Source: Deinococcota bacterium (GTDB taxonomy: Bacteria > Deinococcota > Deinococci > Deinococcales > Thermaceae). Taken from it: 63,278 nt of DNA. The stretch covers positions 1 through 63,278 of the forward strand of contig JBGFRI010000018.1 of NCBI GenBank assembly GCA_041695225.1, given 5' to 3'. Each line of letters opens with the position of its first letter. The stretch's first letter is position 1. The position numbers and the translations under genes were made by a program. This document shows, in pieces, positions 1 to 9,337 of this stretch. Below the pieces are notes generated by a model, which had not been told where the DNA came from, did no database searches, and worked only from the letters and a program-made list of their open reading frames with translations.

Positions 1-118
1 TCTTCCCTGAGCAGTTCCAGGACAACCTGCGCTTTGAAACTGGCTGAGTGGTTCTTTCTCATAAACTAGTGTCGCTTAGAGCCTGCGGTTTTCGTGTCCA
101 GTTTATGGGGTCCATTAT
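1..118 (-). mobile_element. IS3-family insertion sequence, left end (orfA start plus probable IRL), truncated by window edge
   Basis: Minus-strand ATG at 62 gives MRKNHSASFKAQVVLELLREE, a typical IS3 OrfA HTH N-terminus. Upstream ATAATGGACCCCATAAACTGGACAC (about 94-118) resembles IS3-family terminal inverted repeats. Confidence 0.75.
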
Positions 119-227
119 CGTGCTCGCTAGCTATGTGCTCCGGTAAGGGAGCCTCGCTTAGACCCGGCACGAATCCTGTCTTGACAGAGGGGTCCACCCC
201 AGAGTTCAAATGCTACCCCTCCCCCAG

Positions 228-788
228 ATGGCCAGACACGCGCTGGTGATCGGCGGCACTGGGATGCTCAGTGCAGCAACGACTGAGCTTGCCAAGCACT
301 TCGCTACCGCCACAGTCGTGGCTCGATCTGCTCGCTCCCTCGAGGCTATCGCGAAGCGAATTGCAGCTTTTACAACATGCCACGTCCTAAAGCAAGACTG
401 GTCTGACCGCGCGGGCTTTCTGCGGTCAATCACTGAGCATCTCGGTCAGACCGGTCATCCCGACTTCGTCCTGGCCTGGCTACACGACGAGTACCTGGCG
501 GTTGAACTGGTAGAGGTGTTGCGCTATAGCCCCATGGACCTGCGATTCGTCAATGTTCTTAGCAGCTCTGCAGCTAACCCTGCCGGAAGCGCCAGCGAAC
601 TTCGCAAGAAGTTCTCCGCGCTGCCAGGAGTTGTCTACCAGCAGGTTATTCTCGGCTTCGCCGTCGAAGCGGGTGGCTCGCGTTGGCTTACCCACTCCGA
701 GATCTGCGATGGCGTCCTCGAGGCCATCAATACTGGAGCGACCTTCACTATAGTAGGCAGTGTTCATCCGTGGAACCGGCGCCCATAA
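228..788 (+). CDS. Short-chain dehydrogenase-like Rossmann-fold protein
   Basis: ALVIGGTGML glycine-rich motif; C-terminal YQQVILGF...SRWLTHSEI typical of small SDR-like proteins. Start could be 210. Confidence 0.6.
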   Translation: MARHALVIGGTGMLSAATTELAKHFATATVVARSARSLEAIAKRIAAFTTCHVLKQDWSDRAGFLRSITEHLGQTGHPDFVLAWLHDEYLAVELVEVLRYSPMDLRFVNVLSSSAANPAGSASELRKKFSALPGVVYQQVILGFAVEAGGSRWLTHSEICDGVLEAINTGATFTIVGSVHPWNRRP

Positions 789-1159
789 AGCCTAACTCTG
801 GGCCCATATATGAATTACTGACCTGGTCAGGAGCAGAAAGGCCACCCGCTGGATGATCGAGCAACTTCTGGGGCTGGCCTTTCTGTACTTGCCGCAAAGC
901 TTGCTCACAGCACAACCGCCTGCCCTGGTGGTACATGACTGGGAATTCCTGGCTCAAGCAGCCTCCAGTCTGACTATCTTTGTGCTAGATAGGCTAATCC
1001 GCTAGTAAGAGCCTTTCCACCTTCCTGGTGCGAGCAAAACTACTGGCAAGTTTGGAGAATAGGTAAGTTCCCGAAGCCGGGATTGCAGAAGCCCCAATGC
1101 TGGGTCAGGCCGTGGGCGTACAGTGCCTAACGACCTCTCCTGGCCTTTGTCCCCTGGTT

Positions 1160-1254
1160 TGGCGGAGGAGGGGGGATTCGAACCCCCGATAGGGACTTTA
1201 GTTCCCTATAACGGTTTAGCAAACCGCCGCCTTCAGCCGCTCGGCCACCCCTCC
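1160..1254 (-). tRNA. tRNA-Ser(GCT)
   Basis: GGAGGGG/CUCCUCC acceptor stem, GCT anticodon, long variable arm, GTTCGAATCC T-loop, encoded CCA. Confidence 0.97.
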
Positions 1255-1348
1255 ACTGGGTTACTGTGGGTTCTGGGGCACAGCCCCCGAAAACCGCATC
1301 CGTTACTTTAGCACATATCCAGGCGATTGGCCCAACCCTCGAGGTTAT

Positions 1349-1438
1349 TGGCGGAGGGAGAGGGATTCGAACCCCCGGTAGACTTGCGCCTACAACGGTT
1401 TTCAAGACCGCCGCTTTCAACCACTCAGCCATCCCTCC
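1349..1438 (-). tRNA. tRNA-Ser(TGA)
   Basis: GGAGGGA acceptor strand, GGTCTTGAAAACC anticodon arm (TGA), long variable arm, GTTCGAATCC T-loop, encoded CCA. Confidence 0.97.
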
Positions 1439-1487
1439 AGCGGTTTTCCTGACCAAGAGTATTCCTCATGGCCAAAGGCGATTTACT

Positions 1488-1516
1488 ACTATGGGTTGGC
1501 GGGCCGGGCTTGTCAA
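1488..1516 (-). promoter_or_regulatory. Probable sigma-A promoter for the tRNA-Ser pair
   Basis: TTGACA-17 nt-CATAGT on the minus strand about 50 nt upstream of tRNA-Ser(TGA). Confidence 0.5.
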
Positions 1517-1526
1517 GCCGCCCTGG

Positions 1527-2744
1527 TCAGCGCGCCGAACGAATCTGTCGAACCAGCGCTGTTCCCATCACAAAAAAAACTCCCGCAATCAAAAACAGGA
1601 CCGTGTAGCCCGAGCCCGGGCTGTGACGGTTGAAGGCATCCACTATCACCCCAAAACTTCCGGCCAGAACCTGCGGCAGCACAAAAGAGGTCTGCCAGAC
1701 TCCCATATCGGTGGCATGGGCCCGGGGGTTTGGCAGAACATCGGCAACCAGGGCCCACGCCACCGCCAGATAGGCGCCATACATCACGCCAAACACCACC
1801 GCCAGCAGTATCAGTACATCGAAACGGGGCAGCAGCAGAAGCGGCAGCATAAGAATGGAAAGCACCACTCCAACCAGATAAATAATGGGCTTGCGGCCAG
1901 TCTGGTCGGAAACGCGCCCCGCCCAGACTGCCGAAGAAGCCGCGCCCAGTGCTATTACCAGACCCAACAGGGCCACCGCGTGGAAGGGTTCGGTGGCCAG
2001 GGTGTGTCCGAAAGCCTGGAAGGTTCGCACCACATCGGCCAGGTAGAACTGGAGATAGGTCAGCACCAGGTACATCGCCAGCATTACCAGAAAACGGGTA
2101 AACCAGACCCAGCGAAAGTCGGCGCTGCGCCAGGGCGCAACCACGCTCTGCAACAGGCCACGTTTTTGCGCCCGTAGCCCCGGCACTTCCCCAATCTGGG
2201 TTAAAACCATCGCCGCTGCCACTAAGTTAACCAGCGCGATCAGAAGAAACTGCCATTGCAGGTTGGCCAGTAAAAACCCCGCCAGCCCCGCCGCCACCTG
2301 CCCCGAGACCTGGAGAGTGCCCATCCAGCCCGAAGCAATCCCCCGCTCGCGCTTTGCTGCCAGGTCGGGAATTAGCGCCGAGTAAGGGCCAGAAGCCATA
2401 TCATCGGCGATCTGCAGCAGCAAATAGGCCATTACCAGCTGCCAGAAGCTGGGCGCATAGGCCATCCAGACCAGTGCTACGGCGGTTAGTACCGCTCCCA
2501 AGGCCACGAAGGGCATCCGGCGGCCCAGGCGGTCAGAGATAAAGCCCCAGATGGGCGGTCCAATAAAGGCCATCACTGCGCCAATGGCAAACAGCATCCC
2601 CAGGTAGGTGGCCCGCTCGGCCACGGGAACCAGCTCTGCCACCCGGGCAGGCAGCAGCACCAGCAGAATCAAAAACCATTTGAAACTGGTAGCAAACCAG
2701 TAAGAAGAGAGCACCAGGTACCAGGGGTTGGTGTGGAGGCGCAT
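1527..2744 (-). CDS. MFS transporter
   Basis: About 12 hydrophobic segments; motif A twice (GFISDRLGRR, GRVSDQTGRK). TATACT lies 6 nt before ATG 2744, suggesting a leaderless start. Confidence 0.9.
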   Translation of the reverse strand: MRLHTNPWYLVLSSYWFATSFKWFLILLVLLPARVAELVPVAERATYLGMLFAIGAVMAFIGPPIWGFISDRLGRRMPFVALGAVLTAVALVWMAYAPSFWQLVMAYLLLQIADDMASGPYSALIPDLAAKRERGIASGWMGTLQVSGQVAAGLAGFLLANLQWQFLLIALVNLVAAAMVLTQIGEVPGLRAQKRGLLQSVVAPWRSADFRWVWFTRFLVMLAMYLVLTYLQFYLADVVRTFQAFGHTLATEPFHAVALLGLVIALGAASSAVWAGRVSDQTGRKPIIYLVGVVLSILMLPLLLLPRFDVLILLAVVFGVMYGAYLAVAWALVADVLPNPRAHATDMGVWQTSFVLPQVLAGSFGVIVDAFNRHSPGSGYTVLFLIAGVFFVMGTALVRQIRSAR

Positions 2745-2764
2745 TTGCTCAGTATACGGGCGCA

Positions 2765-2806
2765 TAGGTTACGGCTTTGCCGGAATCGCGTAAGCGACTC
2801 GCCTAG
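2765..2806 (+). repeat. ~41-bp dispersed mini-element, copy 1
   Basis: TAGGTTACGGCTTTGCCGGAATCGCGTAAGCGACTCGCCTAG; near-identical copies at 4878-4919 (inverted) and 22681-22723. Confidence 0.9.
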
Positions 2807-2909
2807 ATGGCCTGGCCTTCCTTCCGACCCCGCTAAGGCTTCCAACAACAACTTCGGGCAAACCTCGCCAGGCTTTGCGCTTTGCACTCGGGGCCTTAAG
2901 CTAGAACCC

Positions 2910-4859
2910 GTGGGTGCACTTTACCGCCAGGCCCGCCCAACCACCTTTGATGAGATGGTGGGCCAGGAGCATGTCAAGGAAGTATTGCGGGGCGCGCTTC
3001 GCTCCGAACGGCTGGCCCAGGCCTATCTGTTTTCCGGGCCGCGGGGTGTGGGCAAAACCACCAGCGCCCGGCTGATTGCCCAGGCCGTGAACTGTAGCCA
3101 CGACCCCCGGCCTTGTGGCGTCTGCGCGGGCTGCCGGCTGGTGCGCGAGGGGCGGCACCCCGATGTACTGGAAATTGATGCCGCCTCAAACAACTCGGTG
3201 GAGGATATCCGCGACCTGCGCGAGCGGGTTCTGCTGGCCCCGATTATGGGCGAGAGCCGGGTGATAATACTGGACGAAGCCCACATGCTATCCAAAAGCG
3301 CCTTTAACGCCCTTCTGAAAACCCTTGAAGAACCGCCTCCGCACGTGGTCTTTGTCTTTGCTACTACCGAGCCCGAGCGGATGCCCCCCACCATCCTCTC
3401 GCGTACCCAGCACTTCCGGTTCCGGCGCCTGTCTGAAACGGAGATTGTAGAGAAGCTGCAGCGCATTCTGCTGGGCCTGGGCCGGACCGCCGAACTGCCC
3501 GCCTTGCAACTGATAGCCCGACTGGCCGATGGAGCCATGCGCGACGCCGAGAGCCTGTTAGACCGATTGCTGACCCTTGAGGGCCCCCTCACCCTCCAAC
3601 AGACCGAGGATGCGCTGGGACTTCCCCCTCAAGAGGCTTTGTTTGCGGTGGCCCAGGCCCTGGACACAGGGGATGTCCGCCAGGCCTTAGAACAGGCCCA
3701 GCGCCTGTATAACCAGGGGTTTGCTGCCCGCACCCTGGCCCAGGGGCTGCTGGAGGCCCTTCGCGCTGGCTTGTATGGGCGCCTGGGGCTGGGCTCTGGC
3801 CCAGAGCTAAACCAGCCCGACGAACGGCTGGTCGCGGCCATGACCGCGCTGGACGAAACCCTCGAGCGCCTCCTCAAGCGCTCCGATGCCGTCTCGCTTG
3901 AGCTGGCCGTGCTGAGCGCCTACCAGGCCCTCCACCGAGCATCCCCTGCCCCAACGGTAACCACCGCAGCCGCACCTTCGAGCATCCCCGACTTTGACCC
4001 GCGGCCCAAAAAACTCGAGGCCCCAGAAAAGCGGGCCAGCAGCCTGGCTGAAGACAAAGCCATCGGCCCGCCGTCCTCTCCCCCAGGTTACTCGCATAGC
4101 GAGTATGCGCTACGCGCACCCCCTCCTGCTGCCCAGAGCGTAGCCGATCTGGCTCTGGAGTGGCGGCGGGTGATGAATGCCCTCAAGATGACCATCCGGG
4201 GCTTTGTGCGCGAGGCCGAGCCCCGCTTTGAAGAGGACAGGGTGGTGTTGCTCTTTCCCGAGCGGGCCAGCTTCCACTACCAGGGCGCCCAGCGCAACCT
4301 CGAGGATATCCAGAAGGCGGTTCGGGACGTGCTGGGCATACAGCAGGTCGAACTCCGCCTGGGTGAGAAAAAAAAACTAGCGGCTGAGCCCGCCGCCCGT
4401 CCCCTCTCGCCGCCAGACGCCGCAGGACAACAAGAGGCCAGCCGCAGGGCTGAGCCCGAGCCTGCTCTGCTGCCCGATCCAACACCGCCACCCCAGCAGC
4501 TGGGGCAGGCTCTACTCCCTCACAGCCCGACCAGTAGCGATGCTCCCCTCGATCCCGCACCGGCTGACCCCCCCTGGGTAGGGCTCGAGCCTGCACCCAC
4601 CCGGTCAACTGAGGCCGACGACCCACCGGAGCCTGCACCCTGGAACCCCGAAGCCCAGTCTTTTGGCCAGAGCCCTCTCGACGAGGCTTCCGATGGAACC
4701 GAGACCAGACCCATCAACGGGGCCGGTCTGCTTGAAGACCCTCGTTTTCAAAAACTGGTAAAGCTATTTGGTGGCAGGCTGCGTAAGTTTTACCCCGATG
4801 CCCCGCGCCAGACCGCCCTCGAGGCATCCTCTTCCGACGCAAAGGAGGAGCTGGACTAA
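2910..4859 (+). CDS. dnaX: DNA polymerase III subunit gamma/tau
   Basis: ALYRQARP, Walker A GPRGVGKTT, Cys cluster, EIDAAS, DEAHML, SRTQ motifs. GTG start at 2910 preceded by TAAGCT. Confidence 0.97.
   Translation: MGALYRQARPTTFDEMVGQEHVKEVLRGALRSERLAQAYLFSGPRGVGKTTSARLIAQAVNCSHDPRPCGVCAGCRLVREGRHPDVLEIDAASNNSVEDIRDLRERVLLAPIMGESRVIILDEAHMLSKSAFNALLKTLEEPPPHVVFVFATTEPERMPPTILSRTQHFRFRRLSETEIVEKLQRILLGLGRTAELPALQLIARLADGAMRDAESLLDRLLTLEGPLTLQQTEDALGLPPQEALFAVAQALDTGDVRQALEQAQRLYNQGFAARTLAQGLLEALRAGLYGRLGLGSGPELNQPDERLVAAMTALDETLERLLKRSDAVSLELAVLSAYQALHRASPAPTVTTAAAPSSIPDFDPRPKKLEAPEKRASSLAEDKAIGPPSSPPGYSHSEYALRAPPPAAQSVADLALEWRRVMNALKMTIRGFVREAEPRFEEDRVVLLFPERASFHYQGAQRNLEDIQKAVRDVLGIQQVELRLGEKKKLAAEPAARPLSPPDAAGQQEASRRAEPEPALLPDPTPPPQQLGQALLPHSPTSSDAPLDPAPADPPWVGLEPAPTRSTEADDPPEPAPWNPEAQSFGQSPLDEASDGTETRPINGAGLLEDPRFQKLVKLFGGRLRKFYPDAPRQTALEASSSDAKEELD
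4368..4376 (+). other. A9 transcriptional-slippage site in dnaX
   Basis: GAG AAA AAA AAA CTA GCG GCT GA; both shifted frames stop within 4 codons, as for the Thermus thermophilus dnaX gamma mechanism. Confidence 0.85.
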
Positions 4860-4877
4860 AGGAGGATTCTCCCAAAA

Positions 4878-4919
4878 TAGGTGAGTCGCTTACGCGATTC
4901 CGGCAAAGCTGTAACCTAG
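4878..4919 (-). repeat. ~41-bp dispersed mini-element, copy 2 (inverted)
   Basis: Reverse complement is CTAGGTTACAGCTTTGCCGGAATCGCGTAAGCGACTCACCTA, two mismatches to copy 1. Confidence 0.9.
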
Positions 4920-4977
4920 CTGGCCCCAGATACTTCCTGCTTCAAGCTTTGATCTAGACCCGAGCTCGCGCCGAGGC

Positions 4978-5280
4978 TTACACCTCTAGCCAGACCTGGT
5001 CGTTTTCTAGTCTGGTCTTGTAGGCCCTCACCGGGCGTGGGGCGGGCAGGGTGGCTTTTCCGGTGCGCAGGTTGAAGCGGGCACCGTGCCGGCTGCACTG
5101 GATGGTCTCGCCCTCTACCAGCCCGTCGGAGAGGGGGTTCTTGTCGTGGGTACAGATGTCCGAGATGGCAAAAACTTCCTGTCCGGTGTAGAGAAAGAGC
5201 ACCGGGGTCTTCTCGCCCTCCACCTTAACCACCAGGCGGCCATTTTCAAACTGATTGAGCGTAGCAACGGGAATCCACAT
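4978..5280 (-). CDS. Rieske [2Fe-2S] ferredoxin
   Basis: CTHD...CSRHG Rieske ligands; last gene of the suf operon. Confidence 0.92.
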   Translation of the reverse strand: MWIPVATLNQFENGRLVVKVEGEKTPVLFLYTGQEVFAISDICTHDKNPLSDGLVEGETIQCSRHGARFNLRTGKATLPAPRPVRAYKTRLENDQVWLEV

Positions 5281-5288
5281 AAATGAGT

Positions 5289-5346
5289 GTCGCAGGTCGC
5301 AGGTCTCGGGTCAAAGGCATGCGACCTGTGACATGAGACCTGAGAC
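5289..5346. repeat. Heptamer tandem-repeat inverted array
   Basis: GTCGCAG GTCGCAG GTCTCGG GTCAAAG followed by complementary GCGACCT/GAGACCT units. Confidence 0.8.
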
Positions 5347-5353
5347 AGCACAG

Positions 5354-6688
5354 CTAGACCCGCACCTTCTCCTCAATAATACTCTCGATGTACTGGCGCA
5401 GCGGCTCTAGGGGAATACGGGTTAGCACATCGGTCATGTGGCCCTTGACCAGAATTTGCTGGGCCATGTGGCGCGGCAGGCCTCGAGACATCAGATAAAA
5501 CAACTCCCCTGGCTCAACCGGCGCGGTTGAGGAGCCGTGGGAGCATTTCACGTCGTTGGCGCCAATCTCGAGCTGCGGAACACTATCGCTGCGGGCATCG
5601 GGCGAGAGCAGCAGGTTGCGATTGGTCTGGTAGGCGTCGGTCTTCTGGGCGCCTTCTTCAACCTTAATCAGGCCCGCATACACGGTGCGGCTTTGATCCT
5701 TGGCCGCGCCCTTGTAAAGCACGTCGGAGTGGGCATGGTCGGCTACGTGGTGCTGTAGGGTGTAATGGTCTACATGCTCGTTTCCCGAGGTGAAGTACAG
5801 GCCCAGCATCTCCGAGGACGAGCCCGGCCCGAGCATCTCCGACTGCACCTCGGCCCGGCTGATGGTAGCCCCCATGTTTACCACCAGGTCGTTGAGTGCG
5901 GCGTCGCGCTCCAGGTGCGCCCGCTGGCGGTGGAAGTGGTAAAAACCCTGGCCCAGAAGCTGGATATGCGCGTGGCGCACCTTGGCCCCGCTGCTCACCA
6001 TAATCTCGGTAGACGAGGTGTTGACCGAGGGCGCAACGCTGGGGGACGAGATGTACTCTTCGATATACACCGCCTGACTGTTCACACCCCCCACAATCAG
6101 ACTGCGGGAGCCGGAGAGCTGGCCACCCGTCAGGTATTTGAACACCCCAATGGGCTTGCTGAATTCAACGTTCTGGGGGATGTAAAGAAAGACCCCGTGC
6201 GTGAACAGGGCTGCGTTTAGTCCGGGAATTTTGGAGTTCTCCGGGCGCCTAGCCTGAGCGCCCACCAGGTCGGACCAGTTGACGGCCCTGAAAAGATTGT
6301 CCTCCACCAGCCTGGGATACTTCTGGATGGCGTCGTGCAGGCTGGTGAAGATGACCCCCTGTGAGGCCAGGTTCTGGGGTAGCTCGAGGTGGGCCAGATC
6401 TGCCCCTACGAATACTGCGTAGCCCCCCAGGTCGGCCTGGACCAGGCGGTCTTTCACCGCCTGGGGAACCTCGGGCTTGCCGCCGGTGGGCAGCTTTAGC
6501 TCTAGCTCTTCAAAAGGCACCTCGGAAATATCGGTGTAGCGCCACTCCTCGGTGCGGGTGGTGGGATAGGGCAGGCTGGCAAAGGTCTCCCAGGCCTGCA
6601 AGCGCTTGGCCAGCAGCCACTGGGGCTCGGAAAGCTTCCTGGAGACCTCCAGAACGAGGTCAAGTGAAAGGGTTGAAGTCTGTTGCAT
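5354..6688 (-). CDS. sufD: Fe-S cluster assembly protein SufD
   Basis: EEWRYTD, QKTDAYQTNRNLLLS, PQLEIGANDVKCSHG, FYLMSRG. Confidence 0.95.
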   Translation of the reverse strand: MQQTSTLSLDLVLEVSRKLSEPQWLLAKRLQAWETFASLPYPTTRTEEWRYTDISEVPFEELELKLPTGGKPEVPQAVKDRLVQADLGGYAVFVGADLAHLELPQNLASQGVIFTSLHDAIQKYPRLVEDNLFRAVNWSDLVGAQARRPENSKIPGLNAALFTHGVFLYIPQNVEFSKPIGVFKYLTGGQLSGSRSLIVGGVNSQAVYIEEYISSPSVAPSVNTSSTEIMVSSGAKVRHAHIQLLGQGFYHFHRQRAHLERDAALNDLVVNMGATISRAEVQSEMLGPGSSSEMLGLYFTSGNEHVDHYTLQHHVADHAHSDVLYKGAAKDQSRTVYAGLIKVEEGAQKTDAYQTNRNLLLSPDARSDSVPQLEIGANDVKCSHGSSTAPVEPGELFYLMSRGLPRHMAQQILVKGHMTDVLTRIPLEPLRQYIESIIEEKVRV

Positions 6689-7018
6689 CTATTTTTCCTC
6701 CAAAAGTCCCGAATACTGCATAACCCGGGCTGACCATTCTCTGGCGCTGGTTTTGAGCAGCTCGAGCTCGCCGGGTTGCTTTAGTCCGTCTTTTACAAAG
6801 GTAAGCTGGCGCTGAATTTCCACCAGGTCCTGGGCTACCTCGGGCTCGGCGTCTGCCGCAGTCCACTCGATGTAGTGCCAGCACTCGGCGATGATCTCGC
6901 TGCGACCTGCGGGGGTGGGTATGAGGGCGATGCGGTTTAGGCTCGAGGCCAGGTTGCCCAGGCGCAGCGGCAGGGGGTCACGCATAAATCGCTCTTTTCT
7001 CTCGTTCAGGCTACTCAA
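6689..7018 (-). CDS. Hypothetical helical protein (109 aa) paired with the DUF5674-like gene
   Basis: Clean ORF overlapping the upstream stop by 4 nt and abutting the sufD start; RLGNLASSL...IEWTA...WSARV pattern. Confidence 0.7.
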   Translation of the reverse strand: MSSLNERKERFMRDPLPLRLGNLASSLNRIALIPTPAGRSEIIAECWHYIEWTAADAEPEVAQDLVEIQRQLTFVKDGLKQPGELELLKTSAREWSARVMQYSGLLEEK

Positions 7019-7359
7019 TTTACGCCTCCTAGCAACCGCCTGGTAATCTCCTCAACCCTGGCCCGTAGACTGGGGTCCTGTAATTCCAGGCTTCGATTAC
7101 CTTGACGCGGGCGGATGTTGATAAGTGAGTCGAAGGCCATCCCCTCAGTCGCCGGGTACCAGCCCGCACCCCAGATATTGTGCTGCTCACTTCCGTCTTC
7201 GAGCAAGGCCGCTTCGCAGTCCGCGTGCAACTTTCCTCCACCGGCCAGAATTTGCCGCTCCACGTCCACTGCCGTCTTGATGTACCCGGCGTCGCGGTAT
7301 TCCTCGAGCATCTCCCGTAGTTGCTCAGACGTGGCTTTCTCGAGGATGAGGTGGATCAT
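7015..7359 (-). CDS. DUF5674-like protein
   Basis: YIKTAVDV...GGKLHADCEAALLEDGS.Q.NIWG...SLINIRPRQGNRS signature; ATG at 7359. Confidence 0.75.
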   Translation of the reverse strand: MIHLILEKATSEQLREMLEEYRDAGYIKTAVDVERQILAGGGKLHADCEAALLEDGSEQHNIWGAGWYPATEGMAFDSLINIRPRQGNRSLELQDPSLRARVEEITRRLLGGVN

Positions 7360-7423
7360 AAGCAAACGTGGTGACTTTTTACATCTTGCAATCCCCGGCG
7401 CGCAACCATCAATCAGCCCGGTT

Positions 7424-7621
7424 TTACCATGTGAAAATCTCCAAACCGTAGTCACCCACCCGAATCCACCTAGGCCGCTCACCCTTTAGCTGGATCGAAC
7501 CGTGCCGAAAGGAGTCTGGGCTTAAGCTCTCAATCTCGGCCAGGATGCGAGGTTGAACCTGGCGGTCAAGCGCGGCGAACTCTTTGGCGGCTCTGGCGTG
7601 GAACTGAACCTGGTAACTCAT
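7424..7621 (-). pseudogene. RelE/ParE-family toxin, C-terminally truncated
   Basis: MSYQVQFHARAAKEFAALD...LKG...IRVGDY then stops after 7 residues; lacks the usual R-x-I-Y...GHR C-terminus. Confidence 0.7.
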
Positions 7622-7812
7622 AAGTCGAGCTGCTTTTTCAGCTCCTCAAGCGACAGGGCTTCTCCACCCTCTTCCCGCCGCCTGCGCACCTCCTGGGCGT
7701 CTTGCAGGTCAAAAATCCGGTCGAGGACTTCCTCGTACTCCTCAATGGTCAACAGCACGTGGGTGCGTTTGCCCTCGGAGTCGGTGACGAACTGGCGCGG
7801 TTCCCCAACCAC
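7618..7812 (-). CDS. Type II antitoxin (RelB/Phd-like)
   Basis: FVTDSEGKRTHVLLTIEEYE...LSLEELKKQL; 4-nt overlap with the RelE-like gene. Confidence 0.7.
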   Translation of the reverse strand: MVGEPRQFVTDSEGKRTHVLLTIEEYEEVLDRIFDLQDAQEVRRRREEGGEALSLEELKKQLDL

Positions 7813-7820
7813 AGACCCTC

Positions 7821-9230
7821 CTACCCTACGCTGCCTTCCATCTCGAGCTCAATCAACCGGTTCAGCTCGACGGCGTACTCCAGCGGCAGCTCCTTGGCCA
7901 CCGGCTCGATAAAGCCCCGCACAATCAGGGCGGCGGCCTCGTCCTCGAGCAGGCCCCGGCTCTGCAGGTAGAAGATCTGCTCGTCGTTGAGGCGGCTGAC
8001 GGTGGCCTCGTGGCCCACCGTGGCCGTATCGTCTTCAATTTCCATGTACGGGTAGGTGTCGGTGCGCGACTCCTGGTTGATCAAAAGCGCGTCGCACTCC
8101 ACGTTTACCTTGACCCGCTTGGCCCCCTCGTAGACCCTGATCAGGCCGCGGTAGGAAGAGCGCCCCGCACCTTTGGATATGCTCTTGGAGACAATGGAAC
8201 CACCGGTATTGGAAGCCGCAAAGATCAGCTTGCCGCCGGCGTCCTGGTGCTGGCCGGTGTTGGCAAAGGCAATGGAGAGGATGTCGGAGCGGGCGCCCTC
8301 CTCTACCAGGTAGCTGCTGGGGTATTTCATGGTCAGCTTGGAGCCCAGGTTGCCATCGAGCCACATGTGGTAGGCGTCTTTCTTCACTACCGCCCGCTGG
8401 GTCACCAGGTTGTACATATTGTGCGACCAGTTCTGGATGGTGGTGTAACGGTTTTTAGCGCCCTGGTTGACCACAATCTCAATCACCCCGGAGTGAAACG
8501 AATCGGTAGTGTAGGTGGGGGCGGTGCAGCCCTCGATGTAGTGCATCTCGGCGCCCTCGTCAACCACGATGATGGTGCGCTCAAACTGGCCCAGCTCGGC
8601 GGTGTTTACGCGAAAGTAGGCCTGCAAAGGCTGCTCTACCTTCACCCCTTTGGGTACGTAGACAAAGCTGCCGCCCGACCAGACCGCGCTGTTGAGTGCA
8701 GCGTACTTGTTGTCCTCGGGAGGGATCACGGTAGCAAAGTACTGGCGGAAGAGGTCGGGGTGATGTTTGAGACCATCCTCAATGCTGATAAAAATGACCC
8801 CCAGGCGCTCCAGCTCTTCTTTCACCTGATGGTAGACCATCTCCGAGTCGTACTGCGCCCCCACCCCGGCCAGCACCCGCTGCTCGGCCTCGCGGATGCC
8901 CAGCCGGTCGTAGGTGCGCCGGATCTCCTCGGGCACATCGTCCCAGCTGCGGGCGTCACGCTGTTCGGTGGGCTTGGCGTAGAAGTAGATCTCGTCCATG
9001 TTCAGGCCCGAGAGGTCGCCGCCCCAGCGTGGAACTGGCTTGGACTGATAGATTTCCAGGGCCTTCAGGCGGAACTCGAGCATCCAGGCGGGCTCTTCCT
9101 TGTGGTAGCTGATCGCCTCGACCACCTTGCGGCTAAGGCCCTTCTCGGCCTTCCAGACCGGCTTTATTTCGTCTACAAAGCCGTATTTGTATTCATTACC
9201 GATATTCTCGACTACGGAGTTGTCTGACAT
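7821..9230 (-). CDS. sufB: Fe-S cluster assembly protein SufB
   Basis: AQYDSE, WSGGSF, YIEGCTAP, TMKYPS, GHEATV. Confidence 0.97.
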   Translation of the reverse strand: MSDNSVVENIGNEYKYGFVDEIKPVWKAEKGLSRKVVEAISYHKEEPAWMLEFRLKALEIYQSKPVPRWGGDLSGLNMDEIYFYAKPTEQRDARSWDDVPEEIRRTYDRLGIREAEQRVLAGVGAQYDSEMVYHQVKEELERLGVIFISIEDGLKHHPDLFRQYFATVIPPEDNKYAALNSAVWSGGSFVYVPKGVKVEQPLQAYFRVNTAELGQFERTIIVVDEGAEMHYIEGCTAPTYTTDSFHSGVIEIVVNQGAKNRYTTIQNWSHNMYNLVTQRAVVKKDAYHMWLDGNLGSKLTMKYPSSYLVEEGARSDILSIAFANTGQHQDAGGKLIFAASNTGGSIVSKSISKGAGRSSYRGLIRVYEGAKRVKVNVECDALLINQESRTDTYPYMEIEDDTATVGHEATVSRLNDEQIFYLQSRGLLEDEAAALIVRGFIEPVAKELPLEYAVELNRLIELEMEGSVG

Positions 9231-9249
9231 GTATGCTCCCTTCGCTCGC

Positions 9250-9337
9250 GTCGCGGGTCACAGGTCTAAGGTCTAAGGTCGAAGGCCTTCGACTTTCGAC
9301 ATTCGACGTTCGACATCTTTTATTTCGACCTGAGACC
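9250..9337. repeat. Heptamer tandem-repeat inverted array between sufC and sufB
   Basis: GTCTAAG GTCTAAG GTCGAAG ... CTTCGAC TTTCGAC ATTCGAC GTTCGAC. Confidence 0.85.

Noticed and set aside
1123..2177. ORFs 1123-1311, 1127-1456 and 1266-2177
   Set aside because: They overlap the tRNA genes or are antisense shadows of the MFS gene.
2733..2909. N-terminal extension of dnaX in the ORF track
   Set aside because: It crosses the mini-repeat and the MFS promoter; homology starts at GTG 2910.
8010..9227. 405-aa plus-strand ORF and similar long antisense ORFs (16999-17898, 42906-43850, 57185-57958)
   Set aside because: Shadow frames of high-GC genes with no recognisable motifs.
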